From the NCBI RefSeq assembly GCF_009914755.1, contig NC_060942.1: a stretch of DNA of 64,000 nucleotides. The stretch is one strand, 5' to 3'. The position numbers were made by a program, and so were the translations under genes. Under the pieces are notes generated by a model, which was not told where the DNA came from, did not search any database, and saw only the letters and a list, made by a program, of their open reading frames with translations. The first letter of the stretch is position 1; every line of letters starts with the position of its first letter. This DNA is from the human T2T-CHM13v2.0 reference genome, Homo sapiens. This document shows, one piece after another, positions 51,669 through 64,000 of this stretch.

Positions 51669-51894
51669 CAGGGTATGCAAACTAAGGCTCATACGCCCAA
51701 ATTCACGAAGCCGTCTGTTTCCATAAAAAAGTTTCTTGGACCCCAGACATTCTGATCTGCCTACCTATTTGTCTGTGTTGTCTGTGGCTGCTTTTGTGCT
51801 ATCATAGCAAAGTTATTGGGAAAAACACTCTTGGTCTACAAAACCTAAAATATTTACTATCTAGCCATTTATGGGGAAAGTTTACCAACTTATG
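51669..51894 (-). mobile_element. MER58-type hAT-Charlie MITE
   Basis: cagggtatgcaaacta...tgtctgtggctgcttttgtgcta...aacctaaaatatttactatctagccatttatggggaaagtttaccaac. Confidence 0.82.
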
Positions 51895-52319
51895 CCTTAT
51901 AGTTACATGATGTAGTTACTTTTAGTTAATATTTTAGCATAGTTTACTTGAAAATTGAATTATATATGTGATCAATAAAATATATGTAGAAACACACACA
52001 TAAATACACAAACACAAATCTATGTAACAGAAATCATCTTGTTCTACATTACCTTGTCTGACAATATGTCAATTAATTAATAGGATTTAATTAAAAATTA
52101 GGATTTTTAAAAGATATTTTAATATTTTTACTTAGTTAAAATATATATGCATGTTAACTTTTTATGTAGGCTCTCAAGATATTTTCTTCAGAAAGGGATT
52201 CTGCATATTCTTTCATAAAGCTCATTCATCATGTGTCTATGTTTTCCTGTTTGTTTGTTAAGAATGAAGAATAAATGTAAATAATGTGAATTAACCTTGG
52301 TGTAAAATCCTAGTTTGTT

Positions 52320-53705
52320 CATAGACTTTATTTTTTAAAGCTATTTATGTTCACAGCAAAAATGAGTGAAAGATACTGAGATTTCCCATATATCTCCTGC
52401 ACTTCCCCCTAACTCCTCTTTCTTTACTATCAACATCCAACACTAATGTCATATATTTGTTACAATTCATGAACCTACATTGACATATCATTATCACCAA
52501 AGTACATAGTTCACATTTGGGTTCACTTTTGGTTTCATACATTCTATGGTTTTTGACAAATGTATAATGACACGTATATTAGTGTACTTTTCACACTGCT
52601 GATAAAGACATACCTGAGACTGGGCAATTTACAAAGGAAAGAGGTTTAATGGAGAATTCACAGTTCCATGTGGCTGGGAAAACCTCACAATCATGGCGGA
52701 AAGCAAGGAGGAGCAAGTTACATTTTACTTGGATGGTGGCAGGCAAAAAATAAAAAGGGCTCATGTAGAGAAACTCCCATTTTTAAAACCATCAGATATC
52801 ATAAGATTTATTCACTATTATGAGAACAGCATGGTAAAGACCCACTCCCATGACTCAATCACCTCCCACCAGGTACCTCCCACAACAGGTGGGAATTCAA
52901 GTTGAGATTTGGGTGGGGAGACAGCCAAACCATATCAACATGTATTCATGACTATCGTATACAGAATAGTTTCACTGCCCTAAAATCCTCCATCTTTCCT
53001 TTATTCTTCCCTCCCTTCTGTTAACCCCTGGCAACCACTGATCTTTATGCTGTCTCCATAGTCATACATTTACCAGATTGTCGTAGTTGGAATCATACAG
53101 TATGTAGTCTTTCCAGATTGGCTTCCTTCACTTACTTATATGCAATTAAGGCTTCTCCATGTCTTTTCATGACTTGATAGCTCAACTTTAGCACTGAAAA
53201 ATACTCTACTACTTGGATTTACTATAGTTTATTTATCCATTCACCTGTTGAAAGACATTTTGGTTGCTTCCAGGGTTTGGCAAATATGAATAAAGTTGTA
53301 ATATCCATATGCACGACTTTGTGTGGACTTGAATTTTCCACTCCTTTAGGTAAACACCAAGAAGTTTAATTGCTGGATTGTATGGTAAGATAATGCTTAA
53401 TTTTGCAAGAAACAATCAGGCTTCCAAAGTGGCTATTCTGCTTTCCATGTCCATCAGCAGTGATAAGGAGTTCTGATTTCTCTACATTCTTGCCAGCGTT
53501 TGGTGTTGTCAGTGTTTTGGATTTTGGTCATTTAATAGGCATATAATGGTCTCTCCTTGTTGTAATTCCCTAATGATACATAATTTTGAACATTTTTTCA
53601 TATACCTATATGCTATATGTATATCTTCTTTGATGAGGTGTCGGTTCAGGTCTTTGGCCTGTTTTGTAATAAAGGTTGTTCATTTTCCTATGATGTAATT
53701 TTAAA
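52320..53705 (-). mobile_element. L1MC1-like 3' end, interrupted by THE1
   Basis: atagactttattttttaaagc...ttcacagcaaaaatgag; gaacctacattgacatatcattatcacc; aacccctggcaaccactgatc. Confidence 0.88.
52575..52937 (-). mobile_element. THE1 (B-like) solo LTR
   Basis: tattagtg...cactgctgataaagacatacctgagactggg...gacagccaaaccatatca; TSD acacg/acatg. Confidence 0.93.
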
Positions 53706-54029
53706 AATTTTCATCCATGCCCTTTAACAGTACTTTTGGCAGCTTGATTTTAACGTGCATTTCTGTAACATTCATCTTAGCGTACATAGAAAAATAATGC
53801 CTTGTACTTTTTAGTTATATTTTGAAACAAAATATGTTGTTATATTTTGTAAACTCATCATTTTCTATAACAAAAATTGGCATGGCTAGTTTTGCAAACA
53901 AACACAACTGACCCCTTGGTGACATGTATTTGCATGGTTGAGAGCAAAAGTGTGCAAGTTCAGACTGGTCTGAATATGAGGAAGCAGGTTTTGCAGATGA
54001 AATGGAAAGCTTATTTAGTCCATTTTGTA

Positions 54030-54220
54030 GCACATATGAAATGCCTGTACTATGGTAGAAGTTTTACATGCATTATCTCACTTAATCCTCGAAAATTTCT
54101 GCCCCGTTGTTGTCGGTCCCCTTTTATATTTCAGTAAACATCAGAGACAAATAGTAAAGGAAGCTCTTGAACCCACAGAAGATTTTTGATGCCAAATCCA
54201 ATATTTTTCTCACAAAACAC
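54030..54220 (-). mobile_element. MIR fragment
   Basis: ttttacatgcattatctcacttaatcctc. Confidence 0.6.
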
Positions 54221-54324
54221 ACTTTCTCTTTACTGAAGAAAATTTACATTTTAAAAAAAATATTTCTTTTAAAAATTTAATCAACAATTTCATAATAATG
54301 TTATTAAGTAGCCACCATTTAATG

Positions 54325-54580
54325 ACGGAACATCAAAGAGTCCATTATGGCTGGAGTGTAGACAGGTGGAGAATAGAAGATGAGAGATGTGTGTGTGAGT
54401 GTGCGTGTGTGAGTGTGCATGTGTAAGTGTGAAAGAGTATGTGTGTGTACACACAAGCAGATTGTTTAAGGCCTTGCTGGGAATTTTTGGTTATTTGCCT
54501 TTAATAAATAGTCAGATGGAAAGCAATTGAAGAGTTTTAAGCAAATGAAGTTGTGATTTAACTTAGATTTAAAGGTACCA
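54325..54580 (-). mobile_element. L2 fragment containing a (TG)n repeat at 54388-54452
   Basis: atggctggagtgtag; gatggaaagcaattgaagagttttaagca...agatttaaagg. Confidence 0.6.
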
Positions 54581-54583
54581 ACC

Positions 54584-54907
<324 letters not shown>

Positions 54908-55889
54908 TCATGGGTAAAGAACAGAATGTCAGGGGCCATGATGGAAGAAAGGGTAAACATTATAAGAGCTGTTGAAAAAAATTCGCAATCAGCATTCATC
55001 TTCTTGATTATCAAAAAACTCATAAAGCAGGTGTTAATTGGTCAGGCTAGTTTGAGTGCAAGTAAAACTGACTCATTGTGGTTATGCTCAAGCATAGTTT
55101 CATGGAAATAAGGAAGAAGAATCATTGCATGGTTATAGCAGATTTAGAGATGTCAGTGTAGGAGTTCAGAGTTTTGACTCCAGGACTACAGAAGTGGCTT
55201 CACTACTCTTTCTGTACCTTCTTTATTTCTACTTAATACAAGGCTTTATGATCACATTGTTTTGTGTATGGTTTTCTTTCCCTCAGAGTTGCTGCTTATT
55301 TATAATTTGTCTTACTTAAGGCAGATTGCTATACCTATACAGTCTTTGTCACAGATTTTTAACTTCCACTACAAACTGCCCCTATTTTCTTGCTATTTTA
55401 CCCTTAAAACTTATAAGAACACAAAGTGTTCTATGAACATGAGTAATAATCTGATGTTTATCATCAGTAGTAATAGTAATTGATTACTATTAATTAGTCA
55501 TCTTAAGGTCACTTATGTGCAATATTCAACCTAAGTAATAACCTTGTAGTCACTTATATTTTGGATTCACACCTCTTGTCAAATTTTTCTGTGGTAAATG
55601 GAGTAGATAGTGTTGTGTGCAAGAAATTGTAATTCTCTAGGGCATTCCCTTCAGAAGCAGTGAGACAGAGAATGTTGTGACCCTTTTAGGGAATATGAAA
55701 TTGCCAGGCATCATGATATTTGTCGGCTGCCTTTTTTTTTTCCTCCTCAAATAAGTCATGAGGAAACAAATGCAGATACTGTCATGCAGTTAGTACATTT
55801 TTGCAGCCAGATTTCAAGCTTCCATAATTTACACTCTATCGCACTGTCTTATATTCAGGGATTCAAGAGAAACTTACAACTATCTACTA

Positions 55890-56740
55890 TATTTATTTAT
55901 TCACAGAATGTTTATCGAGTTCTGCTATGTGTGATGCAGTGTACTAGAGAGTATGTAAAAACAAACAAAATCCCAGTGTGATGCTTATCTACAGCAATCA
56001 CATCTCTTAGCTAATAGATCCTGCATATTCTCTACTCTGATAAGTGCTATGATATAAAAGGGCACAGGAGAGTGTGACTTAAGCTACTAATATTTTGCAG
56101 GTGGAGGTATGAAGTAGTTAGGAAAGCATTCCAAAAACGGTTGGTGGTTAAATTGCGCTTGATGATGAAGCAGGCCTACTTGCACCAAGAAAAGGAGCTA
56201 TCTGAGCAATACCACAACATATAATGACATCTTAATAGAATGCCCAATAAACTGGCACATTTGGATTTTATAGTAGATGTTGAGAAGTATCTGGAGTTAA
56301 TCATGAAAACATAAAACAAGAACAGGAAGGTGTTTGAATACATCAGAGTTTTTACGGAGGGTATAATTTGACTAGATTCAAATTTCAGGAAAATCATTTT
56401 GGAAACATTGAAAAGGATTGAGGTTCAAGAACAAAGGCAAGTTATTCAAATATGAATCTAGTATATTAATACTCAAGCCAAAAGCATAAAAAATAAAGGT
56501 ATGATCAAAGACATTGGTAAAGGAGTTTAAAGTAGCTTGTCAACATATTTATTATTTAAGTTATCCAAGATTTACTGACTAACTGCAGGCAATTAGAAGG
56601 AGAAGTAGGATTTTTTTTTTTTTCCATGGGTTTCTGGGTTGTCCAGTCGTGAGAAGAGTTATACCATTCAAAAAGGAACGGAATAAAATAGGACAATTGA
56701 GGGGAGTAGATTTTGGATGTGAAGAGAGAAGAGAATAAAA
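55890..56740 (-). mobile_element. L2 3' region
   Basis: atttatttattcacagaatgtttatcgagttctgctatgtg...aaaacaaacaaaatccc; taagtgctatga. Confidence 0.7.
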
Positions 56741-56789
56741 TACAAGATATGGGAAGAAAAAGGGATAGTATTTAAGAGAAGAAATATCA

Positions 56790-58255
56790 TTAAATATATA
56801 ACCAATATGGGAATAATTGACAGCATAGCAACATTGGATCTTCCAACCTGGAAAAATGGTATAAACTTCCATGTATTTGGACTTCTTCAATTTCTCTCAG
56901 CAATGTTTGGTGGTTTGGTCTTGAATGCATTTTGCTAACTTCTTCTATAATTTCTATATTGCTCTAACATTGCATTTTGGAATGTTGCTGAATTCACTTC
57001 TTAATCATAGTGAAGATGACTCACTAAGCAATGTCAGGATTTCCTATGCAAGTGATGTCTGTGAGAACAGAATTTTGCTCTTTCCTTTCAAATCATTGAA
57101 TACTCCTTTTCTGAGACTACTGTACTGTATGGATCTTCAGCACAATGTGGAAAATGAGGGTGACAGTGAACATTCTTGTTGTGTCACTAAGGGGAAAGCA
57201 TTCAGCTTTTCGTGATTAGTTGAAAATGTTCCCTATAATTCTGAGTGTGCTAAGAGTTTTTACCACGAATGGATATTGGAATTTGTCAGATGTTTTTCCT
57301 GTATCTACTGAAATTATCAAATGTTTATTCTCCTTTATTCTATTAATCTGATGAGCTACTTTGATTTTTTTCCAATGTAATACTAACTTTGCAGACCTAG
57401 GACAAATCTCATTTATTCATTATGGGCTAAGACTTTATATACTGGGAGATTTAATTTGGTAATATTTTGTTAAGTACTTTTGTCTGTTAATGCCATATAG
57501 TTTTGTCGTACTATTTTTTCACACGTGGATGTCAGAGTAATACTGACCTCATAACACGAGTTGACAACTGATTATATATTCTCTATTTTCACGAAAAGTT
57601 TGTCTATGCTTGATGCAATTCAACCCTAAATGTTTACTAAACATCACTGATGTGACAGGATTGCTGTGAATTTTTTTTTGAGGGGGGCTGATTTTGAATT
57701 AAGAAACATGTTATTAGAGATTAGGCAATTCATATTTTTTTGTTACTTTTGGCATTAGATTGAATAATTTATGTATTTTGAGGAATCTGGTACATTTGTT
57801 GAATTTATAGGCATACAATTTTTCGTAAGTCTTGGTTATTATCCATTTCCTGTCTCTAGAATCGATAATGACATTTCCTTTTGTTCTTTGATATTAATAA
57901 GACTTATTTATTATTTACTTTGATACCACTCTTTCATAATAGAGGTTCACCTATTTAACAATCTTAAGAAAAACACATTTGTTTGCATTGATTTACTCTG
58001 TTGTTTGTATTAGGATTTCATTAACTTTCATTGTTATCATTATTATTTACTGTTCTCAAATTACTTTGGGTTTGGATTCCCATTTTTGGGGAGAGAGCTT
58101 CTTAAAGGGGGCACTTACACTGTGAATTTTCAACCTTCACTTTTTTCAATATGAACATTTAAAGCTATACAATTTTTCCCCTAAATAGAGCTTTAGTTGC
58201 AGCCAATAAATATGGATATGTTGTCTATTATCATTCACTTAAAAATACTTTCTAG
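56790..58255 (-). mobile_element. Ancient L1M ORF2 fragment
   Basis: aatttctctcagcaatgtt; gaggggtgacagtgaacattcttg-like, ggggaaagcattcagc; gaatggatattggaatttgtcagatg. Confidence 0.8.
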
Positions 58256-58539
58256 TATGTTGCACATTAATAACTTGAAATAATTGCACATATCTACACA
58301 TATACACATACTTTACATAGTTTATATATAAATAATAATAAAACTGGACTCATATACACGCATATCGTAGTGTTGTATTTTCTATATATACTATAATTTA
58401 GAATTATTACCTGAAGGATATTTGCCTAATCCTTTAATCCTGCTAGTACTGCAAGCCTGGCACTTAAAACTTGCTTATATTTGTATAAGTACTAAATGAT
58501 ATAAGCTGAAATATATAACCTAATATTTATCTACCTAGA

Positions 58540-58745
58540 TATTCTTATCAATTCCTTTCATGATATGTTTTAACTAATTCTAATTAAACAGCTCCATTAG
58601 GTAGATACATTTTTTCCATGTTAAAGTTGAGAAGTTGTAGGTTAGAGAGGTTAAGTAACTTCCTCAAGGTTCCATACATAGCAGATGGTAGACTCAGAAT
58701 TCAAGTTTGATCACTGTATCTACAATCTTAATCCACTATCTTTGG
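58540..58745 (-). mobile_element. MIR SINE
   Basis: aggttagagaggttaagtaacttcctcaaggttccatacatagcagatggtagactcagaattcaa. Confidence 0.8.
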
Positions 58746-58989
58746 AGGTTTTACAGGGGGTGAGTAAGGAGTTATGTGCAGGAGGAAGTAAGAATGAATA
58801 AAACAAGTCTAGGTTTCCCTACAACTAACTGTCTATACAAATGATCAGATAGAAGAAAAATCTGGATACAGGTCTTAAAAATATATGTAGGTTGTGGAAT
58901 AATAATAACAATGATTTAAACCTATAGTCAAATCTGAAACTATAATTTGTTGCTTTAAATACAATATCCCTTAAGGTAGCTATAGATAC

Positions 58990-59112
58990 AGCCAAAATGC
59001 TCTATACAATTTCTCAGGTTGTGCACTGAGTACCTTGGAGGCACGATCATATTAAAATTCTCTGAATAGAGTCCCCTTGGGAGTGTATGACACTTGTGTA
59101 CAGTACTGTGCT
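58990..59112. mobile_element. Possible MER91-like hAT relic
   Basis: tatacaatttctcaggttgtgcactg...gtccccttgggagtgt...tgtacag. Confidence 0.4.
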
Positions 59113-60250
59113 GTCAAATTCCAATTCCAGTCCTTATCATAAGCATCAAAAAAGTAAGTTAAGTTTTTTGGGGTTTTTTGTTGTTTTAACACTTTCCTCC
59201 ACAAAACACATTATGTGCGGTTAAAGATTAGGTTACGTAGCAAATCAAAATCAGAAAAGAAGAAAAGCACAGATGAAGACACTACAAATGACACAATAGT
59301 AGCATATGAAATATTTCCAAATTGGCTGAAAGCCAAACTCTCCTTTTTAGTAGTGGAGATTTGAAAGGAGCCAAAGTCTCCATTTTTAAAAAGTGGCTAA
59401 GTGTGGGTAGTGTGTCTGTGTTCATAATTCACAACATTTTCATTTTCTTCAATCAAAAACAATCATTTATTAAAATAATGCAATAGCATTGACTGAGGGT
59501 TCACCACTGCTCATGCTTTGAGCATGCTTCAGAAGGCTTCTCTTCTCCCCACAGGTGGATGATTTCTGCCTGCCCCCAAGCATGAGCAAGCACTGCAAAG
59601 TGGAACATGTCCCCTTGGTCAGCTTCTCCTGGGACTCAGCTTCCCACAGAGTGATGCTTTTCCTGCCAGTTCCCACTGATCATTTCCTCTTGGTTGTCCA
59701 ACTTTCTCTTAAAAGTTTCTGTTGATCTTCACTTATCCCCTCCTTCCCCCACTTTTTAAAAAGGCTCTTTTCTGTTTGATTCAGAGCATTCTTCCTATCA
59801 TGATAGACTTCAAAATAGTCATTTCTTATCTAAGTCCAGACTTGCTTTTATTTAATAATGCAAATCCTAGTCCTATCCTACCTGGGATAAGAATATGAGA
59901 ATACCATCTGGCCCTGGTCTTGTTCAATCAGTTGATGCCAGTGGGTCGTCTTCTAACACTCTTTCTGAGCATTTCCTTAGATTTTTAATATAACTGCTTC
60001 CATCCAGCTTTTCAATGCTTTATATATCCTCTCCTTTCAAAGAAAATAATTACACAAATTCTTGCATTTTTGTAGTAATTCTCCCTGGGGTACTTGCATT
60101 TTTACAATGGATTACAAGTATAAGGCACTGGAAGTAGATAGAAGGATATATTGAGATATGAAAGCATCCCTTGTTTTTTCAAATATAGCAAAGCATAACA
60201 TGCTGCTGTAATTAACTTCAAATATTGGTTTAAAAAAACAGTGAAAAATC

Positions 60251-60610
60251 TGTATTAGTCTGTTCTCACACTGCTGATAAAGACATACCAGAGACTGGGC
60301 AATTTATAAAGACAAAGAGGTTTAGTGGACTCACCGTTCCATGTGGCTGAGGAGGCCTCACGATCTTCGTAGAAGGTGAAAGAGATATATTACATGGCAG
60401 CAGACAAGGGAGAGTGAGAACCAAGTGATAGGGGAAACCTCTTATAAAGCTATCAGATCTCATGAAACTTATTTACTACTATGAGAACAGTATGGAGGAA
60501 ACAGCCACCTTGATTCAATTAAATCCCACTCTGTCCCTCCCATAACGTGGGAATTATGGGAGCTACAATTCAAGATGAGATTTGGGTGGGGACACACCCA
60601 AACCATATCA
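60251..60610 (-). mobile_element. THE1 (A/B/C-type) solo LTR
   Basis: tgtattagtctgttctcacactgctgataaagacatacc...gagatttgggtggggacacacccaaaccatatca; TSD aaatc/aaagc. Confidence 0.94.
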
Positions 60611-62287
60611 AAAGCAATGTCCTAAAATCTTAAAGAATAAAACTGAGTGGAAGAGGGACAGAAAATGCTGATTTTTCCTAATTACCCATGAAAGGAATAT
60701 ATCTAATGTCCCGGTAAATTCAAAATCCTGATTAAAGAAAGATATAGCCTTCAGTTTCACAATTTCTTGTAATCGACATTAAGAAAGCAAATCATACACC
60801 TCAGTATCACTGACCAAAACATAATACTGTGTTGTCAATTTTGATGAATATATATTCTGTATTGGAGGCTATTGGAGAGTAGAAAAACCTGTATCACTAT
60901 AAGGGCTTTTGTGAGCAAGTTGACTTTCCAAATTTAGTAATAAAGAGACTAAAATGAACTATCATTTCACCTTTCACCTATTATGACTATTCTATCAATT
61001 TATTTTCAAGAATATTGCAAGATGCTGGAAAAAGCATCACTGTTATTGTTTCTTGGAATGTATTCTTACTAAACTGCAAGACTTCTGGAATTTTTAGTTT
61101 TACATGTCACAAAACTTTGGGGGAAAATCAAGGAAATAATTCTGCCCTTCTGCTTCTGTATACTTTATGAACATTCTACCACAATACTATCAAAGAATGA
61201 GAGTGATTTCGTGATTGAGAAGGAAATAAAATACATCATGACAAGTACACACACAAAAAATATATTCTAAGTACATTTTGAATTGAAATGTAACAAGAAG
61301 GGATCGCATGCTAATGTAAGACTTTTCAGTGTGGCAATAGCAAATATTAATATTTATAATGCTTTTCTCTGCCCAAAGCATGCTTCCTCTGTAGTGAATT
61401 GTTCATTTACAAATTTCTATGTTTAACCTTATGTTTATTTTTGTGATCGACTGGGGATATATGGAAGAACTGGATGTTTATCTTACCTCAAGTTATATCT
61501 TTAACTTCTTGCATTATTCAGGATTAACACAATTTGGCAATATTAACTTAGAAAAAAATGAAGACAAAAAATGAATTAAATGTTCTTTTGTAAAACACAA
61601 AGGAAACTGTTGCAGATATGAAAACACTTCAATACTTCGTTTTCTTAGCAGAGGTGGATTCTGTCTGTTCGAATGACTAGCCACACTGATTCTCACCCAC
61701 TGCAATACTAAGAAAAACTTCGATCTAAGGCACCAGATTATCTTTAGGATGCTGCAAAGAATCAAACTAATTCCTCTCATTAATTCTGACCTGCTTACAA
61801 GTTTTACAAAATTTACAGTTTACTAGAATATGGCTGAGACACTCAGGGAATAGGAGTAAATTTCATTTTCACTACTGTATTTGAGACACTCAGGGGAAAC
61901 AATAGTGAAAATGAATTTCAGTAGTCAGTTGGTCAACTAAATAATTTAATGCCGAAAACAAAATAAACAAATTGCAGGTTCTATTTTGTACAGGCAGCAT
62001 GTGTTTTTTCTTATTTTCATCATATTAAATCCATGGATTTTATTCCCACTGTAGGGAGAAAGTACATGTATGAGTCAAAACCACATGTTTTGCACCAGTA
62101 TTACGTAAACATTTATGTATAAGTACTGGTTTCCATATTGGTAGCCATATCCTCCATGCTGACTGGCTTATCAATGAATTTCTTATTAATAAAAACTGTT
62201 TGTTTTCTGAAAATTGTAAGCAGTTTCTAACTACACACATTACTCTTAGCTGCAACTCCATGTAAACACATTATATTTCCATTTCCT

Positions 62288-62448
62288 CTTGCTTCTCCAT
62301 GAGCATGTGCCCTGTGCAGTCCCAAAGGGGCCTGTTCTTAGAAGGACCCCACACTTAATATAATACTTTGCTGTAGGCATCCTTAAATTTTTAATAATCT
62401 TTGAATTTTCATTTTCCACTGGGTTGCACAAATTATGTAGCTCGTCCT
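62288..62448 (+). mobile_element. MER53 hAT MITE
   Basis: cctgtgcagtcccaaagggg...agaaggacccc...ttttcattttccactgggttgcacaaattatgtagc. Confidence 0.78.
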
Positions 62449-62649
62449 CAGGGTATAAGATTATTTTTACAAACCACAATTCTGATACTTTCACTATGTG
62501 TCCAAATCTGTCAAATAAAGTCCTAAATGACATCTTTTCTGTTTCCTTATCTGATTCTCATCTTGAAGAGCAATTTCCCTATCCCAATTTGCCAGCACTG
62601 ACTCTGCACTGAATTTTTGCACATAAATTTCTATGTGGCATTGGAATAT

Positions 62650-63027
62650 CTATCAGTAATTGTACACAATAGGAGGCTATGCTAAATGTAAGAGGTTTTA
62701 TTTCTTGCTCATCCCACAGCTCCCCTAAGCAGCTGTCCTCCAAGCTTTGTCCTGAAAATCCAGGATGCTTCCCTCTTGCATCTTCACCTTCTGGAAAACT
62801 TAAGGGACTTGTTTTTGACATAAAAGAAGGAGAAAGTAGATAGCAATGCAGAGTATTCTTTAACATCCAACCCTGGAAGTGGCTTGTATCATTTCACTTA
62901 CAAGTATTAGTCTATGTTTGGTCATTTGACCCCAAAATAATTGAGGTAGAGGCTGAAAAATGTAGTCTCCCTGTATGCCTAGGAAGTGGAAATCATGTAG
63001 TTAATTCATAGCAATGCCGCTGCCAAA
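62650..63027 (-). mobile_element. Old MLT1 (J/K-like) LTR
   Basis: cctggaagtggcttgtatcatttcacttaca...gaggctgaaaaatgtagtctc...tgcctaggaag. Confidence 0.7.
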
Positions 63028-63963
63028 CCTGGAGAGAGAATCTAATTCATTTTTTCTCTTCTGCAGTACCTCGGCCATATCTTTGGATTGTAGGACTTAA
63101 GCCAATATTTGTTGAATGTGTGATTCAGTGTACCTAGCATGCTAACTTCCCTGAAGGTTCTTGAAAATTTCATTATTTCTGTTTACTTAGCCAAAATCAT
63201 AGTCTCCAATATAGCAATAGGGCTTCAAAACAATCATTTTTTTATTACTTCCACCTTAAAAAGTTTTATGAAGGAAATAGAAAAAAAAGTGTTGAAAGAA
63301 AACAGAGGAGACACTGTAATGGAATTATCTTTTTTATTTTCTGAGAAATTATGGAATCTATATGAGAATATTCAAGTCATTTTTCAAATATAAGAAAATA
63401 AGTCAGAATGGTAGATAAAACTAGGTTGAACAGTTAGCTTATGACTCATAAGCATAAGTTATAGAGGAAGTAAAATAGGATGAAGTAGTAACTTATGAGA
63501 CCTAACGTGTTAGAAAAAGGAAGTAGACTATGAGCATGTTCTGAACATAGATATGAAGACATGAAAAAATCCATAAAACCCTAGTATGATAATATGCTAA
63601 ACACACCGGAGGTACCAGAGGCTGCGATATTCATGATGTACTTAGTTTATATGAGGTACATAAGGCACTTCAAATACTCAGTGTTTTTAAATCATCCATC
63701 CATTGGTGGCACTTATATTTTGATAGACAAAAGAATTAAATTAAACAGATTTAAAACAAAACATTTTAACTTAATAGACTAAAATTCATTTGGGATGAAA
63801 GTTTAAATTTTGGCAGGGAATATTCTTTTTTATGACGGAATGCCAGCAAAAACAAGTATATAGTAAGGATTGAGATAGAAAATTTCTAAACACAAATATT
63901 ATAACTGACACAGGCAGGGGTGATTAATTGACGATAAAATGTTCAGAGGAAGAACATTAGAAT

Positions 63964-64000
63964 ATTGCAGCACTATTCACAATAGCAAAGACTTGGAACC
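63964..64000 (+). mobile_element. Start of a 5'-truncated L1PA running off the window
   Basis: attgcagcactattcacaatagcaaagacttggaacc matches the L1PA ORF2 3' region. Confidence 0.8.

Overview
AT-rich primate (almost certainly human) non-coding DNA, roughly half interspersed repeats. It holds L1 LINEs of many ages, seven Alus (including an AluYa5), MIR/L2 relics, MaLR/ERVL LTRs (MLT1, MLT2A, THE1, MER21), DNA transposons (MER6, MER58, MER53) and microsatellites. I found no credible protein-coding exon, tRNA/rRNA or CRISPR array, and the supplied ORFs are repeat-derived or chance. The most notable element is a very young-looking, tail-less retrocopy of the neuronal BC200 RNA (46114-46300). It has a 17-bp target-site duplication, intact Pol III boxes and a fortuitous TTTT terminator about 20 nt downstream. 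Other points of interest are three L1 5'-inversion (twin-priming-type) structures, one only about 22 bp long; an old L1 with three nested younger insertions; an L1 5'UTR built from ~110-bp monomers; and a THE1/L1 deletion junction. Family and subfamily calls come from recalled consensus sequences, not from a RepeatMasker run. Boundaries of old elements are approximate.
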